Shown here: positions 22,686 through 34,876 of the stretch, in pieces | Layout of the letters: the number at the start of each line of letters is the position of its first letter | Position numbering within the stretch: position 1 is the stretch's first letter | Source of the DNA: Picochlorum sp. SENEW3 | Lineage: Eukaryota | Direction of reading: 5' to 3' | Assembly: GCA_034226945.1 (NCBI GenBank) | Contig: CP120453.1 | Location: 434,001 to 498,000, forward strand | DNA length: 64,000 nt | Program-made: the position numbers and the translations under genes | The notes under the pieces: model-generated | Seen by the model: only the letters and a program-made list of their open reading frames with translations | Told to the model about the DNA's origin: nothing | The model's database searches: none

Positions 22686-25600
22686 ATGTCTTCTTCTGAA
22701 GCGAGAAAGCCAACTGTGACGAGAACGCTGGAGCCTGGTCTGACCTTCTTTAGCGCCGCAGAGATTGATGTGGTGCGTTTTTTTTCAGTTTAATCTACAT
22801 TATGGTCGTGAGTTGTATCTGAATACGTCGAAATGCCTCATTGTTCAGGTTCTGGTGCCAGTTGGCAACATATCTCCAGCTCTGTTTGATCATTATGTGA
22901 CGCTGGTGATGCAGCATCGTCAAGTATGTGCATTGTGAATCGATATATTTGGCATATTTGATAGTCATGTGTTGTGTGTAGGTGGAATTGACGAATGTGA
23001 GGTCGTTTTACAGGGCTGCTCAGAAGAGTCCTTTCAATCATTTTCCTTGGAAGACAGGGACGATGAACTTTCGATTTCTTCCCGAGGATGTCGCTTTCCG
23101 TGCACGACCTCTTGGCTGCCTTCATGCGAGCAGGAATGTACAGGCTGCCATTGGCATCATATCGTGCTCTGAGGAGGAGGGGGATTTGATAGAGTTGTAT
23201 GATGAATTTGAGAAGAAAATAAAGTCCATCTCTGACACAAACATTATCATGCGTACTCTTGCATTTGATCCGAATGATGCTCAAACACTCCAAGATGTGA
23301 AGGCACGGCCTGATCTTGTTCTGTTTCCTCCTGGGCAGGGGAGCCATTTGCTGAGTCACATGGAGGTTGTGATGCATGACTTTGCCGCATGCATGCTGGA
23401 TGACTTGGAGCAGAGAATGCTCACAGTCTCGCCTCAAAATATATCTCTGTCGTCGTATATAGATAGTCGTGACTTTTTGGGACCTGCATTGAGCTCCGTT
23501 GCGTTTGCATCGGAGGATGAATCTCAGCGGACAAAGCGCAAGTATGCAAGGGTCCAAAAGGCCATGGGAGATTATGCATTGCTATCTGGGTCTCCTATGG
23601 ATGCGGCAGAGCACTATGCAACGGCAGTAGATTTAGCTAGGGTGTCTCAGGACTGGGTATATGTAGCTGCTGCGTCCGAGGGTCTGATATCTGCAAAGCT
23701 GTTGAGTGAAGCCATGTCTCACAATGGTTTTGTCCCAAGCGAGTTTAGTGTGTTTCATAACGAAGATCAGTGGAGAGCCCCAATGTCAGATATAGAAGTT
23801 CTTGAGTCGAAGAGATCATCATTGTCACCAAGGGATGGCACCGTGAACGGGGAATTGTCTGAGAAACTGGATGACCAGACTCTAGAAACAGGAGTCTCTG
23901 AGAATACTTCAAGCCAGCATGTCAAAACCAAGTTGACAGGGGACAGTATTGAACACGAAGATGTAGATCGCGATGATCCATTCTCTCAGAATCACTTCTG
24001 GCAGGCACTGCGATCATGTGAGAATCTGCAGGAAGAAGTCGTGAAGATGATGGAAGAATGTAAATCTGCGATACGGAAACGGGGTGCTCTCTCTCTCCTT
24101 GTTGAATCAGAGTTACGATATGCAAGACTTCTAGTAGGTCTACAGGTACGATGGATGTTTAATATATTCTTGTATTTCATGCAATTGTTAATGACGCTCG
24201 TACGCTTTTTCAGGGAAAAAAAGCACGTGGAAAAGTGTGTTCACTGGTATCATCAATTCAGCTCGCTGCTGAACTGCTCCCCTTGCCAGAAGATCGAATC
24301 ATAGCACTCACGGAGGCTGCATCTGTGTTGGGATCAGTAGGTGCATCGAGAAAACGGGTTCTCTTGCTCTGGCAGGCTGTTGAATTGAGCAAGTATTTTG
24401 GCTTCCCTGATGAAAAGACACTTGCTGTAGCCCGTCATGCACTGGAGCCATTTGCTCATACAGCTGATAGTCATGACGAGTGGTCGGTATTCAAACGCCC
24501 TCTATCGCAAGATACTAGCATTCCTGAATCATGGAGCACTGTCAAGGCTGGGATATTAGAGGCAACCCTGGGTCTGGCAATCTACGCCAGCAGGCATGCT
24601 GATGTCTGGGATGCAGCAGCAGCTTTATTGCGCGAGCACAGCCATGAGCTGTCTGAGCACCGAATTCGTTCTCTGTATGACAATTTGAAAACTGCATCGT
24701 CAAATATGGCTGCAAAGGATAAGTTCCGCCCAGGGAAAGGACCTCCTCCCGTCTTGTATCTTGTCAAGCCTCAAGCATTGGAGGGAGAAAGGACACTGCA
24801 TCTGTTCGACTCTAACGTTTTGAGAAAAGCAATCACATCTCCTATAACGTCACCAACAAGCTCTCAAACACCGTTTTTGTATGATGCCTTTGCAGCAAAA
24901 CGGCAGGAGAGAAGACAGAATTCTGCTGGGAGATCTCCAAGTGCTGTTGATTGGATTTGTGGAGAGCCGGGAATTGTTGAGGTCGAGATAGCAAACCCTT
25001 GCTCGATGACAATGAGAATTGCTCGTTTGACGCTAGAGGCCAATTGTAATGGTGCTCCCGCCACCAAAGATGAATGGAAACCAAAAGTGGTGTCTCTGAG
25101 TGTACCACCAGGGGTGAAGCCATCTAAAGTTTGTTTAGAAGGGACTCCGCTGGTTGAAGGGGAATTCATCCTTACAGGTTGTAGAATGACATCGCTTGAA
25201 GGAGTTTCATGGTTTGCTCCGTGGAGCATCAAACCTCTTGACACATGGCAGTGCCTTGCACAGGATTGTAGGCTCGCATGCAAGGATATTTTAAACTTGC
25301 CCTTCTCGAACGAGTTTAGGGCGTTGATGCCACAGCCCAAGGCGAGAATATTTTTTAAAGAAGACGTCGTCCATTTCGACGGAAAAAATGACAAGGAGCT
25401 TCGCTTGACTCTACTTCAAGGCCAGAGGACACATGGCATTCTCACGTTTGAAAATGAAGGGCCTGTTCCCATTGACTATGCGTCTTTGAATGTGCTTTGC
25501 ACAGACGAAGATCTCTCCAAAGCGTCAAAAATAAGTATTGAAATGGTCGAGCCCAGTATTTTGTCAGAGAATCTACCGATACAGCCAGGAACATCCATTG

Positions 25601-26757
25601 ATATTCCTGTTCTATTCTCCACTGAAATCTTGCCATCACTCGTGGGCCAGATGCTTTCGAACGATGATATTTTGCATCATTTTGTGATTGAGTACGCTAC
25701 AGAAAACAATGGATCAATGGAAGGTGGTAAAAGAGTCGTTGGAAGGCGGACCTGGTGTGATTTGAACATCAGAGTAAAACCTTCCATTGGTTTTACAGAA
25801 CTTGGCATAGAAGAGGTCTGGTGCCAAAGTCCTGGGAACAGTGATTGGGAGTTGAAGTGCCTAATGCTTGCAGGAGTTGTTAACAGAGGAAAAGAGAGCA
25901 TGAAGATAAGCTACGAGATCGAAGAAGCTGCAAAAGGAGACTTTGGCACATTTGACCTTGTAGGTCAAACAATTGAGGTCAACCCAGAAGAACGTGGTGT
26001 AGTACCCCTTTTCCTCCCTAATCTGGCGCAAGTAAACCTAGAAGAATTATTGACAAGTGAAATTATTGATAGACTAGATAAGAAGACTGTGTCCGCTGCG
26101 GAATTCGAGAGGCAACTCTCTGCTGCCTGGCTCTCAAACTCTGTCGTGATGAAATTCATTGGGGATGGAGTTGTTGGACAGTTGCCCCTCGCCCGAGGGG
26201 AACTCTATCATGCTCTCGCGCCACAGATAATATCACACATTCGAAGGCACGGTGTCCATTGTTGTTTACACGTGGATGGCGAGAACGTGGAGCGGAAGCA
26301 CGCAACATGTATTGCTGGGGGGGAAACATGCTTTTCTGAATCAGGCGGCGTGCCAGTTTTGTGCGCCACGATGGGCGAATCTCTAACAATCACAGTATCA
26401 CTTCAAAATACCCAGAACTTACCAATCTATGCCCAATATAGTATCAGTTCGTGTTGTGTCGCGCTCAGTCCCGTTCTGGTGGAGGATGGGAATGCATCAG
26501 CAATTGTTGCCACCACCCAAGCCACCGAAACAAATCCCATGGACTTGGGAATAGCTTGGAGCGGCATGATACAGAATGTGACTACTCATGTGCCCGGGAA
26601 TTCATCACATGATCAGAAGCTGACTGCCGTGTTTTGCTTGCCAGGTTGGTACATGATTACATTATCCAACACGAGTGTTCAGTTGATAGATGAGGAACAT
26701 CACAATTCTTTCATGCACACAACTCCTGCTTTTGTTCATATCTCTCAACCTAAATGA
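22686..26757 (+). CDS. TRAPPC9: TRAPP II subunit TRS120/TRAPPC9; exons 22686-22772, 22849-22923, 22982-24145, 24214-26757
   Basis: KSPFNHFPWKTG, RVQKAMGDYALLSGSPMDA.EHY, PFLY, WICGEP..V.VE.ANP; all introns GT..AG and frame-consistent. Confidence 0.85.
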
Positions 26758-26790
26758 TCTGTATTGCTATATAATGACTGTATAACAAGT

Positions 26791-29361
26791 TTAGTCCTTT
26801 TTCCTCGCGAATGGATTTGCCCGTTTTGCAATTTTCGCAAATGGATTTCCTCCAGAAGGGGCAGTAGGTTCCACACTCATGTTTGGCTCTCCATTCTCCG
26901 GTTGGGTTTGACCTCCCTGTGCGAGCTCCGTATCCAAAGCGGTGGTGCCTAATTGGGTTTGACTGTCATATATAGGTTTGTCCATCCAATCAAGCTGCTG
27001 ATCATCCATGCGTTGCTCTTCTTGCAGCAACTCAATCTTTTCAATCAAAGCACCAATATTAAAGTGGTTTGCAAGTCTCAGTGCTCCCTCCAAAGCGTTT
27101 GTCGAAAGCATTCTACGCGCTACTTCCAATGCCCTGGACGCTCTATCTTGCTCCAAAAGGCTCTTGAACAAACTCAGAGATGCCCTATCATACGCAGATT
27201 CAGATTCTGCCAGAATATCCGAATCTTGGAAAGATGTGGGATCCAATTGCGACAACAGGAGTTTCGCTCTCATCATGTTCGCTTCGCTCTGCGCCGTTTT
27301 GGTATCTCCGGGAACGAGAGGAAGTTGCAAAGGTGCTGCGGTGATGACTGGTCGAGCAGATCCTGATGGAACAACAGGCTCTACTGTATCAGCACAGACA
27401 ATACATTGCACCTCATTTGCTGCTAAACTTACAGAAAACAGCCAGAAGATCTCTGATCCCTTCCGTTCTTTCGATGCATCAAATATAGGAGTCCATGAGC
27501 CGCCGAAATTGGGAGAAAATACTCTCAGAATCCCCTCAGAATCATACGTTGCTAGTGCTCGTTCATCAGTAAATCCAATCCAGGCAAGTTGCGCAGCAGA
27601 AGACAAGCATATCCGAGTTTCAATCTCTCTCTTTCCTGATGAAAATTGATATGTTTGTACATCTAAAATTTGATCGCCTTCTGTGGTCGGATTTCCAGCA
27701 TGATAGACAACACCAAATGCATCATCCTGTGCAAACACACATACAATATCCCCTGGGGTAGATATCACGTTTGTCTGAAGGCCAGCGAGGGTGAACAAAC
27801 GAATCATTCGTAGATTATTTGCAACGACGCAGAATGAATCACCCACAGCGACGCTGCATGCTTCTTCGCCCTGTGGGAGTCCCACAGTCCAGTCTGTGTT
27901 TGCTGACCATGGTTCAAATGGGCGGAACACTACTGTAGAGGGACTATGGTCACTGGAAGGACTCGCGTAAAGGGCCCCTTCAGTGCCTAGAGTTCCCATA
28001 GTAAACCCATAAAAGTCATTCAGCAAGGGGATCCGCCGTCTATGTATTGCGGTGTCGTGAAAATTCACTTCCACAATGTTATGATCAGATTCTGACCTCA
28101 GGGTAATACAGCCAAGGGAATTGTACGAGAGGTAGCGACGGCCCATGACCAAATCAGTGGAGCTAGGCTGAAAGGGTTGCTGCGGGGGAGCAGTTGAACT
28201 GTGGAAGCGCTTCATGTGCCTCTCCACACCGGGGTCCTCCACATGGACTCTCTTCTTTTTTGGTACTGCCAGCATGCCATCATCATCGTCAACCACAAAC
28301 GTGTCATCATTCCTATCCAAGTCTGATCCGTACTCATTGTCCTTCAAACCCTCATACGGACCATTTTCTGCTATTCCACCATCATCCACAGCATCGCCTG
28401 GCCCGAGAAGCCCATCAGAAATCACCTGGTCCCACTCCACCAAATCCCCTCCCTCTGTAACACACACAAGGCAATTGTCTTTTGGATGCCAGGCCAAACC
28501 ACACGCATTCCCAGGAAGCTCACAAACCTCAAGGATCCGCTTTTCATTCACATCCCATACCACCACTTTGGAATCTTCAGCAGAGGATGCCAGGTACAAT
28601 CCATTTGGGCAAAATGCAACACAATGCACTGGCCCATCATGTCCACCTGCAAGCTCATCGGTCTCTTCCCAGCTCAATCGTTCGTACAAAGAAATCGAAC
28701 CATCTCCCTTTGGCACGGCAACCAACTGTCCTCCGTCAGGATGCCAAGACGGAACGACTCTATTCGGAGCAGTTGGATCCATTCGCGTAGACCCCTTCTT
28801 CTTTTTCATCATCACCTTGCCTGATGCAATCTCATACACCGCGAACGTTCCATCCGCACAAGTCACAGCAAGAAACTGCGACTCTGGATCGTATGAAATA
28901 CCCCTCACGTATGCTCCCGACTGAATCGATTTAAACACCTTTTTTGCTCCCACGTCAATCATTTTGATCATGTCATCATCCCCTCCAGCAGCCAGATGCA
29001 TCCCACTGGGACTAAAACTCAAACATCGAGGTGGTAGCACAAACTTGGTCACCACATCCTGAAACTGACCATCAGGGAGGGAGTAGACCTTTACATAATT
29101 CGACGCATCAGCCACACAAAACCTGTCCCCCAGGGGTGAAACAGCAACACCCGTCAGCGCATCTTTTGCATCCACAGACCCCACTGCTTCTTCCATATTC
29201 TTCGAAAGTCGAATAGTAATCTTTGCATCAGCACCGCATGTCACAGCATGCCATCCACCCTCCTCCAGAGGGAGACATGTAGAAAAGGAAACATCGCAGA
29301 ATCCAGCAGCTCCGTGGGCATGGTGGACTTTTCCACGTCGCTTTTGAATTGTTGAGTCCAT
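26791..29361 (-). CDS. WDHD1: WDHD1/CTF4/AND-1 replisome hub protein
   Basis: N-terminal WD40 propeller; QQPFQPSST, RRYLSYNSLG, VEVNFHD SepB domain; C-terminal NPF motifs. Confidence 0.9.
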   Translation of the reverse strand: MDSTIQKRRGKVHHAHGAAGFCDVSFSTCLPLEEGGWHAVTCGADAKITIRLSKNMEEAVGSVDAKDALTGVAVSPLGDRFCVADASNYVKVYSLPDGQFQDVVTKFVLPPRCLSFSPSGMHLAAGGDDDMIKMIDVGAKKVFKSIQSGAYVRGISYDPESQFLAVTCADGTFAVYEIASGKVMMKKKKGSTRMDPTAPNRVVPSWHPDGGQLVAVPKGDGSISLYERLSWEETDELAGGHDGPVHCVAFCPNGLYLASSAEDSKVVVWDVNEKRILEVCELPGNACGLAWHPKDNCLVCVTEGGDLVEWDQVISDGLLGPGDAVDDGGIAENGPYEGLKDNEYGSDLDRNDDTFVVDDDDGMLAVPKKKRVHVEDPGVERHMKRFHSSTAPPQQPFQPSSTDLVMGRRYLSYNSLGCITLRSESDHNIVEVNFHDTAIHRRRIPLLNDFYGFTMGTLGTEGALYASPSSDHSPSTVVFRPFEPWSANTDWTVGLPQGEEACSVAVGDSFCVVANNLRMIRLFTLAGLQTNVISTPGDIVCVFAQDDAFGVVYHAGNPTTEGDQILDVQTYQFSSGKREIETRICLSSAAQLAWIGFTDERALATYDSEGILRVFSPNFGGSWTPIFDASKERKGSEIFWLFSVSLAANEVQCIVCADTVEPVVPSGSARPVITAAPLQLPLVPGDTKTAQSEANMMRAKLLLSQLDPTSFQDSDILAESESAYDRASLSLFKSLLEQDRASRALEVARRMLSTNALEGALRLANHFNIGALIEKIELLQEEQRMDDQQLDWMDKPIYDSQTQLGTTALDTELAQGGQTQPENGEPNMSVEPTAPSGGNPFAKIAKRANPFARKKD

Positions 29362-29590
29362 CGAATTATATGGTATCGTATTGAATACTGATTAAAACAA
29401 TGAGACCGTTGTTGATGCCAGGGTCTTGTAACGACGATTTCAAAATTTCAAATTCATATTTTTAATTTTATTCTTCGGAAGGCAACTCACCCAATCATTC
29501 CTTCTTCGTCTTCTGTACCCATCAATGTCTACTTATTCGGCATGAGATGCACGCAACGAATACTAGTATGCATCTTGCACTGCAGAATAG

Positions 29591-30127
29591 CTACTTGTGC
29601 AAGGCCTGGCACCAAAACTGCAGATGGATGGCCATTCTTCTAGAACTGATGACACTTCCACAATGCGTGCACTCCACGGTAGACCCATCAGATTCCATGA
29701 TATCCTCCATCTCATGTTCTTCTCCATACTCAAACGTCCCCGAGGGATCTTGCGTGTCCTCATCGTGGGTAACGAGGGACATGTCTTCAAGCTGTGACAA
29801 CACGTGTGCCAGTTCACTGGAAGGCATGCTATCGCCCTCTTCAGTCGAATGCTCCATGAATGACTCTATTTCAGAACGTAACCTAGAGCACACATAATGT
29901 TTCAACGGTGCATTGCCCATGGGTATCTGTGTGATGTACTGAATAAGGTCCACAATAGCCTTGAGAGCTCCAGCAGGTTGATGCATCCTGAGGCAACCTG
30001 AGACCTGTTCAAGGCTCTGTTCGATAATACAATCTACCCTCGTGTCATTCATAATCCCTTGGAGTGTCCGGTGTCCAATGGAATGCGACGAAGACGAACC
30101 GTCGTCTCTGAACCGACCCTGTTCCAT
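29591..30127 (-). CDS. Hypothetical protein with C-terminal C2HC zinc finger
   Basis: 178-aa ORF ending CTHCG..ISSRRMAIHLQFWC. Confidence 0.55.
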   Translation of the reverse strand: MEQGRFRDDGSSSSHSIGHRTLQGIMNDTRVDCIIEQSLEQVSGCLRMHQPAGALKAIVDLIQYITQIPMGNAPLKHYVCSRLRSEIESFMEHSTEEGDSMPSSELAHVLSQLEDMSLVTHDEDTQDPSGTFEYGEEHEMEDIMESDGSTVECTHCGSVISSRRMAIHLQFWCQALHK

Positions 30128-30480
30128 GTCTCTCCTCCTCTGGTTCTTCTTCTTCCTCTAGTCCTTCTTCACGACATCATGGATCTTTTCTATTTCTTTA
30201 TCATTGATTGATAACCGTCTATGTAGCGGTACAGATTGCTAGTATGAGAACGCCAGCTCCTTTTTGGTCCATGGGATTCCTAACAGTCGTGGCGGGGAGT
30301 GTGGTCACGATTTTTTATTGTGCGGTCTTCGGAATATGAATATCTCGCGATTCCATTATCGATATCCAAAGTATGCCTCAGCGGCCTGATGCTGTTGGTA
30401 GTATATCCAAAAAATACATTGAACGTGTTTGTGGCATTTATAGCGTAGGTATCCGAGAGGCGTGCGTGTCCGAACATCTC

Positions 30481-30496
30481 AACGGTTTGCCAACGG
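30481..30496 (+). promoter_or_regulatory. Tandem MSA-like AACGG cores upstream of kinesin-14
   Basis: CAACGG twice, 11 nt apart, 44-59 nt before ATG 30540. Confidence 0.4.
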
Positions 30497-30539
30497 ACTC
30501 GATTACAACTGGTCGATATTGTGTCCTGAACGTACGCCA

Positions 30540-33005
30540 ATGTCTTCAACAAAGACTAGAATACCTCGTCCTGGGGTTTCTGTGGAGGGACATGCGTGTG
30601 ATAAAGAGAATGCCGGGGTGACAACGCTGCAGAAGACCAAGGGGTCAACAACACCTTCTCGCAACGTCTTGAGCGATTGTCGCAATACCGAGGTATCTGT
30701 CAGAAAGAATAAGAGAGGCAAGGGAGATGAGCAGGACGTATCACAGGAGCAACAGGAGAAGAAGGGTCGTTGGGAGGATGTTTCAGATTCTGACTCTGGC
30801 AAGATGCATGACGTACCCGAGGAGGAGCTGGTTATGTGGGCTGATGTGTTGAAAGAGACTGGTTGGGAGGAGAGAGACTGCCTGCTTCACAAGTTGAGTC
30901 TTCCAAAGCGAGGGGATCCGGCAAAGAAGGTGTCAACATTGGGGCAGCATGTGAAGAGGCTGCGGTCGCTTGGGTGGCATTTGTATGCTGACAGGAAGGA
31001 AGCGTTGATAGAGTGTAATGGGTTGCGAAAGAGCGAGACAGCGGCTCGAGGCGAGTTGGACAGTGTCAAGGAACACCTTGAGAGGGTGCAGTCAGAACTT
31101 GATGAAGAGGTGGCAGCATCACGGCGGGCTCTGTCCCAGCAGAAGGAAGAGATGAAGGCATTGACAGATAAAATCAATGAAATAGATGCCAAATTGAAGG
31201 AAGTGACGGAGGAGAGGAACAGTTTGGAGGATGAACTTGAGTCCTATCACATGACAAAAGCAAGCTTGGAAAAGAAGTTGCAGGATGCAGAAGCTGCTCA
31301 GCTGGAGAGCCAGAAGTATTCCATGAACCTTCAGGAATACAATTCAAAGCTTCAGGGGGAGGTACAGAGTCTGACTCAGCAGATGGATGATCTCAGGGAG
31401 GAGAAGGCCCGTTTGACTGAGGACAAGGCTAGCCTGACAGGGAGGGTACAAGCCCTTGGCGATGCTTTAGAAGCGTTACAAGCGTCTTCGTCGTCAACAG
31501 AAAAAGCACGAAAAGATGCCGTTGCAGAGCTGTCTAGGTTGCGAGGGGAGTTGGCATCTATTTCTGCTGAAAAGTCATCCCTGAGTGCAGAACTCTCCAC
31601 TCTGAAGGGTGTGTGCAACGAGCAAAGGTCTGATCTCGAACGATACAGGGCTGCGACAGGAAAGGATTTGGCTGCTCTGGAAGAAGAGAAGGCAAATAGT
31701 CACATGCTAACTCAGAGGACAAAGGCTCAGGCTGAGACGGTGGCAGCTCTCCAGGACCAATTGACAATGATGAAGGAACAGCGGACAGCTGCAGAAGCAC
31801 AGACTGAGAGATTCTCGGAAGAAAATAGGGGGCTGAAGGCAAAGATTGCCGAGTTTGAGGTGCTACTGCCGGCCATGGAGGAGCGATTGAGGGATTCTGA
31901 GGCAATCCGCAGAAGGTTACATAACACCGTGCTGGAGCTGAAAGGAAATGTGCGTGTATTCTGTCGGGTCAGGCCATTGTCACAAGAAGAAAAAGATACC
32001 AAAGAGGAAACTGCTTTGGTCCCTGTCTCGACAGGAGATCTCTCTGGAAGAGGACTGGAGTTGGAGAATGCCAATTCCAGCACAAAGCCTAGTGTCAGCA
32101 AAGACAATCAGCAACAGAAACATTTGTTCACATTTGATAGGACATTTGGACCGACCTCCACCCAAGAAGATGTATTTGAAGAAGTTTCCATGTTGGTACA
32201 AAGTGCTCTGGATGGGTACAGGGTCTGTATTTTTGCATATGGGCAAACTGGCTCTGGTAAAACACACACCATGCTCGGTAACCCAGACAATGAAGGTATC
32301 ATTCCAAGGAGTGTGCGCCAAATTTTCACCACTGCTGAAAAAGATTCCGAGCGTGGATGGAAGTATGTCATGAAAGCATCGATGCTTGAGATCTACAACG
32401 AAGAGATTAAGGATTTGCTTGGCCCTGGCCCACCAGAAGGCAAAAAGCACATCATTTCCAGCACAGATACTGGCGAAGCAGCAGGCGTCGAAGTCAGTTA
32501 TCTCGAATGGAAACAAGTGAGATGCTCAGATGATGTATCATCTCTGCTGAAGAGGGCTATGAAAGAAAGATCAGTGGGTGCAACAGCATGTAATGCTCAG
32601 TCTTCAAGATCCCACATGGTGTTCATGCTTGCAGTGGAAGGGACGAATGAGGCCACCGGCCAAAGACTCTCTGGTGCCCTCAATCTGGTTGATTTAGCTG
32701 GAAGTGAACGTGTGGGCAAGAGCGAGGTCACAGGCGACCGGTTGAAAGAGACCCAAGCCATCAACAAAAGCCTGTCTGCACTTGGGGACGTCATTTCTGC
32801 ATTGGGTACAAAAGAACATGTGCCGTACAGAAACTCCAAGCTCACGTTTTTGCTTCAAAACAGTTTGAGTGGATCTGGAAAGGCGCTCATGCTTTGCAAT
32901 GTTGGTCCATCATCATCAGCGTCCAACGAAACACTCTGCACGTTGAGGTTTGCATCAAAAGTCAATGTAACCAACATTGGAACAGCTCGCAGAAACATTC
33001 GGTAA
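30540..33005 (+). CDS. Kinesin-14 (Kar3/ATK/KIFC1-like), C-terminal motor
   Basis: Coiled-coil stalk, ELKGNVRVFCRVRP neck, GQTGSGKT, SSRSH, LVDLAGSER, HVPYRNSKLT. Confidence 0.95.
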   Translation: MSSTKTRIPRPGVSVEGHACDKENAGVTTLQKTKGSTTPSRNVLSDCRNTEVSVRKNKRGKGDEQDVSQEQQEKKGRWEDVSDSDSGKMHDVPEEELVMWADVLKETGWEERDCLLHKLSLPKRGDPAKKVSTLGQHVKRLRSLGWHLYADRKEALIECNGLRKSETAARGELDSVKEHLERVQSELDEEVAASRRALSQQKEEMKALTDKINEIDAKLKEVTEERNSLEDELESYHMTKASLEKKLQDAEAAQLESQKYSMNLQEYNSKLQGEVQSLTQQMDDLREEKARLTEDKASLTGRVQALGDALEALQASSSSTEKARKDAVAELSRLRGELASISAEKSSLSAELSTLKGVCNEQRSDLERYRAATGKDLAALEEEKANSHMLTQRTKAQAETVAALQDQLTMMKEQRTAAEAQTERFSEENRGLKAKIAEFEVLLPAMEERLRDSEAIRRRLHNTVLELKGNVRVFCRVRPLSQEEKDTKEETALVPVSTGDLSGRGLELENANSSTKPSVSKDNQQQKHLFTFDRTFGPTSTQEDVFEEVSMLVQSALDGYRVCIFAYGQTGSGKTHTMLGNPDNEGIIPRSVRQIFTTAEKDSERGWKYVMKASMLEIYNEEIKDLLGPGPPEGKKHIISSTDTGEAAGVEVSYLEWKQVRCSDDVSSLLKRAMKERSVGATACNAQSSRSHMVFMLAVEGTNEATGQRLSGALNLVDLAGSERVGKSEVTGDRLKETQAINKSLSALGDVISALGTKEHVPYRNSKLTFLLQNSLSGSGKALMLCNVGPSSSASNETLCTLRFASKVNVTNIGTARRNIR

Positions 33006-33046
33006 TTATACCTTTACATGTACACGTTAGACATATAGAAATATAA

Positions 33047-33703
33047 TTAATATCCAATGCTCTTCCATCCCTTCTTCTGCAACTCTTGTCGAAGGGCTTT
33101 GATTCTTTTGCGATTGATATCACCATCAGATTCACCTATCCTTGATGCCGACCTATATTCAACGATGCCTGACTTGTCTTTTGGGAAATATGCCTCAAAA
33201 TCATCAATAAATCCAAATGTAGGACTTTCGTACTCTACATGAAGATAATCATCTGTTCGTTCGACAATTTTTGGCGCGAATCCATCAGGACTTGTGTTCT
33301 CCACCACCTCAATAAGTTCATTCATAGCCTGCTCTTGTGTGGCAGGGTTCTTCCTTCCACGTCCTTCCTCTGGATTATATGTCCACTGTGGGACATAATG
33401 TGTCATATCATTTGCCTCCTCAGCCGTTGAAATGCAATTTGGCGATGCCGGGCAAAGCTGGAGGGATTTGAAACTTCCATAATCCTTGAGGCCAATGTTC
33501 TTGGGCGTCGGGGCTGCTCCCCAGGTAAACAAGGCTCCCAAAACAGCTACATTCACACTGTTCATCACCAATTCTCTTCGAGATGATTCCTTCTGTCCAT
33601 CGGAGGAAGAAGAGGAAGAGGTTCGAACCACAAACTTCCTGCCGCAAGCAGGCGCAGAGCTGCAAGGTCGCTGAAATCTAAGAGTAGCTCGATGCTGGAA
33701 CAT
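33047..33703 (-). CDS. DUF1499-family plastid protein
   Basis: LCPASPNCIST, FGFIDDFE, YRSASRIGESDGDINRKR; transit-like N-terminus. Confidence 0.8.
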   Translation of the reverse strand: MFQHRATLRFQRPCSSAPACGRKFVVRTSSSSSSDGQKESSRRELVMNSVNVAVLGALFTWGAAPTPKNIGLKDYGSFKSLQLCPASPNCISTAEEANDMTHYVPQWTYNPEEGRGRKNPATQEQAMNELIEVVENTSPDGFAPKIVERTDDYLHVEYESPTFGFIDDFEAYFPKDKSGIVEYRSASRIGESDGDINRKRIKALRQELQKKGWKSIGY

Positions 33704-33819
33704 TTTGATCTGCTTTAATTTCGACAGAATTTCAATGGATGAAACTGGTGGTAGGAGGAGGTTTGATGGAACATCTGATCCAGTTTCTTAATTGGAACTA
33801 TACGATGATCGCGAATTAG

Positions 33820-34845
33820 ATGCATTTGTACGATGTATTGCGTGTAGCAACTGGATCTTCTCACAATGAAAATGAACGTGTCATGGAAGAACAGCAGACA
33901 GCAAGGAATGAGGATGACTTTGCCCGGTTGGCAACAGAGAAGTTGTTTCACTCGAAAAAAGTGAAACATCCTGGCCTGGCGTCGCACCGGCAGTATTATG
34001 AAGCGAAAAGCTCATGGAATAAATTTATTGGGGAAGATTTTGCATCTAGACGGCCAGCTGGCATGACTGGGTGGCAGACCCCTCCCGTGGAGTTTTTGCC
34101 GAAAAGTCATACCCGGCCGGGCCGTACGCAGACAAGCGCAGTCGCAAGATTATATGAATTGAAGATGCAACGTGTAAGCATGCAGCGGAACCTGGGGAGT
34201 CAGGAGGAGGAGCAGAATGACGTAGGCTCTGTGTCCAATATGAGCACAGGGACATTTTCTCGCCCTCCTAGTATACTGTCGGATGCTTCGACAAAAATAC
34301 TGGAGGGCCCAATAGCAAAGTCTGCGTGGAAGCCTTTACGGTCGAGTAAAGGGGTGGTGGGGAGGAAGGCCAAGGGCGTGGGCCTTCTTCATGTGGATGG
34401 AGATGCATCCGACTTTGTACCACTGCGGGATACATATGGGGAGCAGAAGCAGGAGCCTATGAATGACAGGAGTGATGAAACAGCTGCATTTAGATGTGCA
34501 GACGCAGGGGAGCTGAGAAGCCGTATGAAATCGGAGATGCATTTGTTCCCTGGCTTGGAAATGTTCCAAGATGCCCAGAGTGTCGCATTTCACTTTTCCA
34601 AAAGATTGAGCTCTCTGGAACGAACGGACGCATTTTCAAGACTCCATATGTTGGAAAAAGAAGCTAATAGTCGGCTTGCTGACGAGATGGTAGATGTAGA
34701 CGAGGGGGACATGAATAGAACGATATCGTATCCATTGAGCAGTGCCCCTTGTAGGTTGCGCCCTGAAGTCATAGAGCGCTTGGAAAGAATCAGAAAGTTA
34801 TCGGAGCACGCGGAAAAGTTGTATATGGTGGGAAATTGTACATAA
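33820..34845 (+). CDS. Hypothetical protein (341 aa)
   Basis: Long ORF filling the gap between flanking genes; no recognised domain. Confidence 0.55.
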   Translation: MHLYDVLRVATGSSHNENERVMEEQQTARNEDDFARLATEKLFHSKKVKHPGLASHRQYYEAKSSWNKFIGEDFASRRPAGMTGWQTPPVEFLPKSHTRPGRTQTSAVARLYELKMQRVSMQRNLGSQEEEQNDVGSVSNMSTGTFSRPPSILSDASTKILEGPIAKSAWKPLRSSKGVVGRKAKGVGLLHVDGDASDFVPLRDTYGEQKQEPMNDRSDETAAFRCADAGELRSRMKSEMHLFPGLEMFQDAQSVAFHFSKRLSSLERTDAFSRLHMLEKEANSRLADEMVDVDEGDMNRTISYPLSSAPCRLRPEVIERLERIRKLSEHAEKLYMVGNCT

Positions 34846-34876
34846 ATGAAGCGTAAATTTATTAATTTATTCAAGT

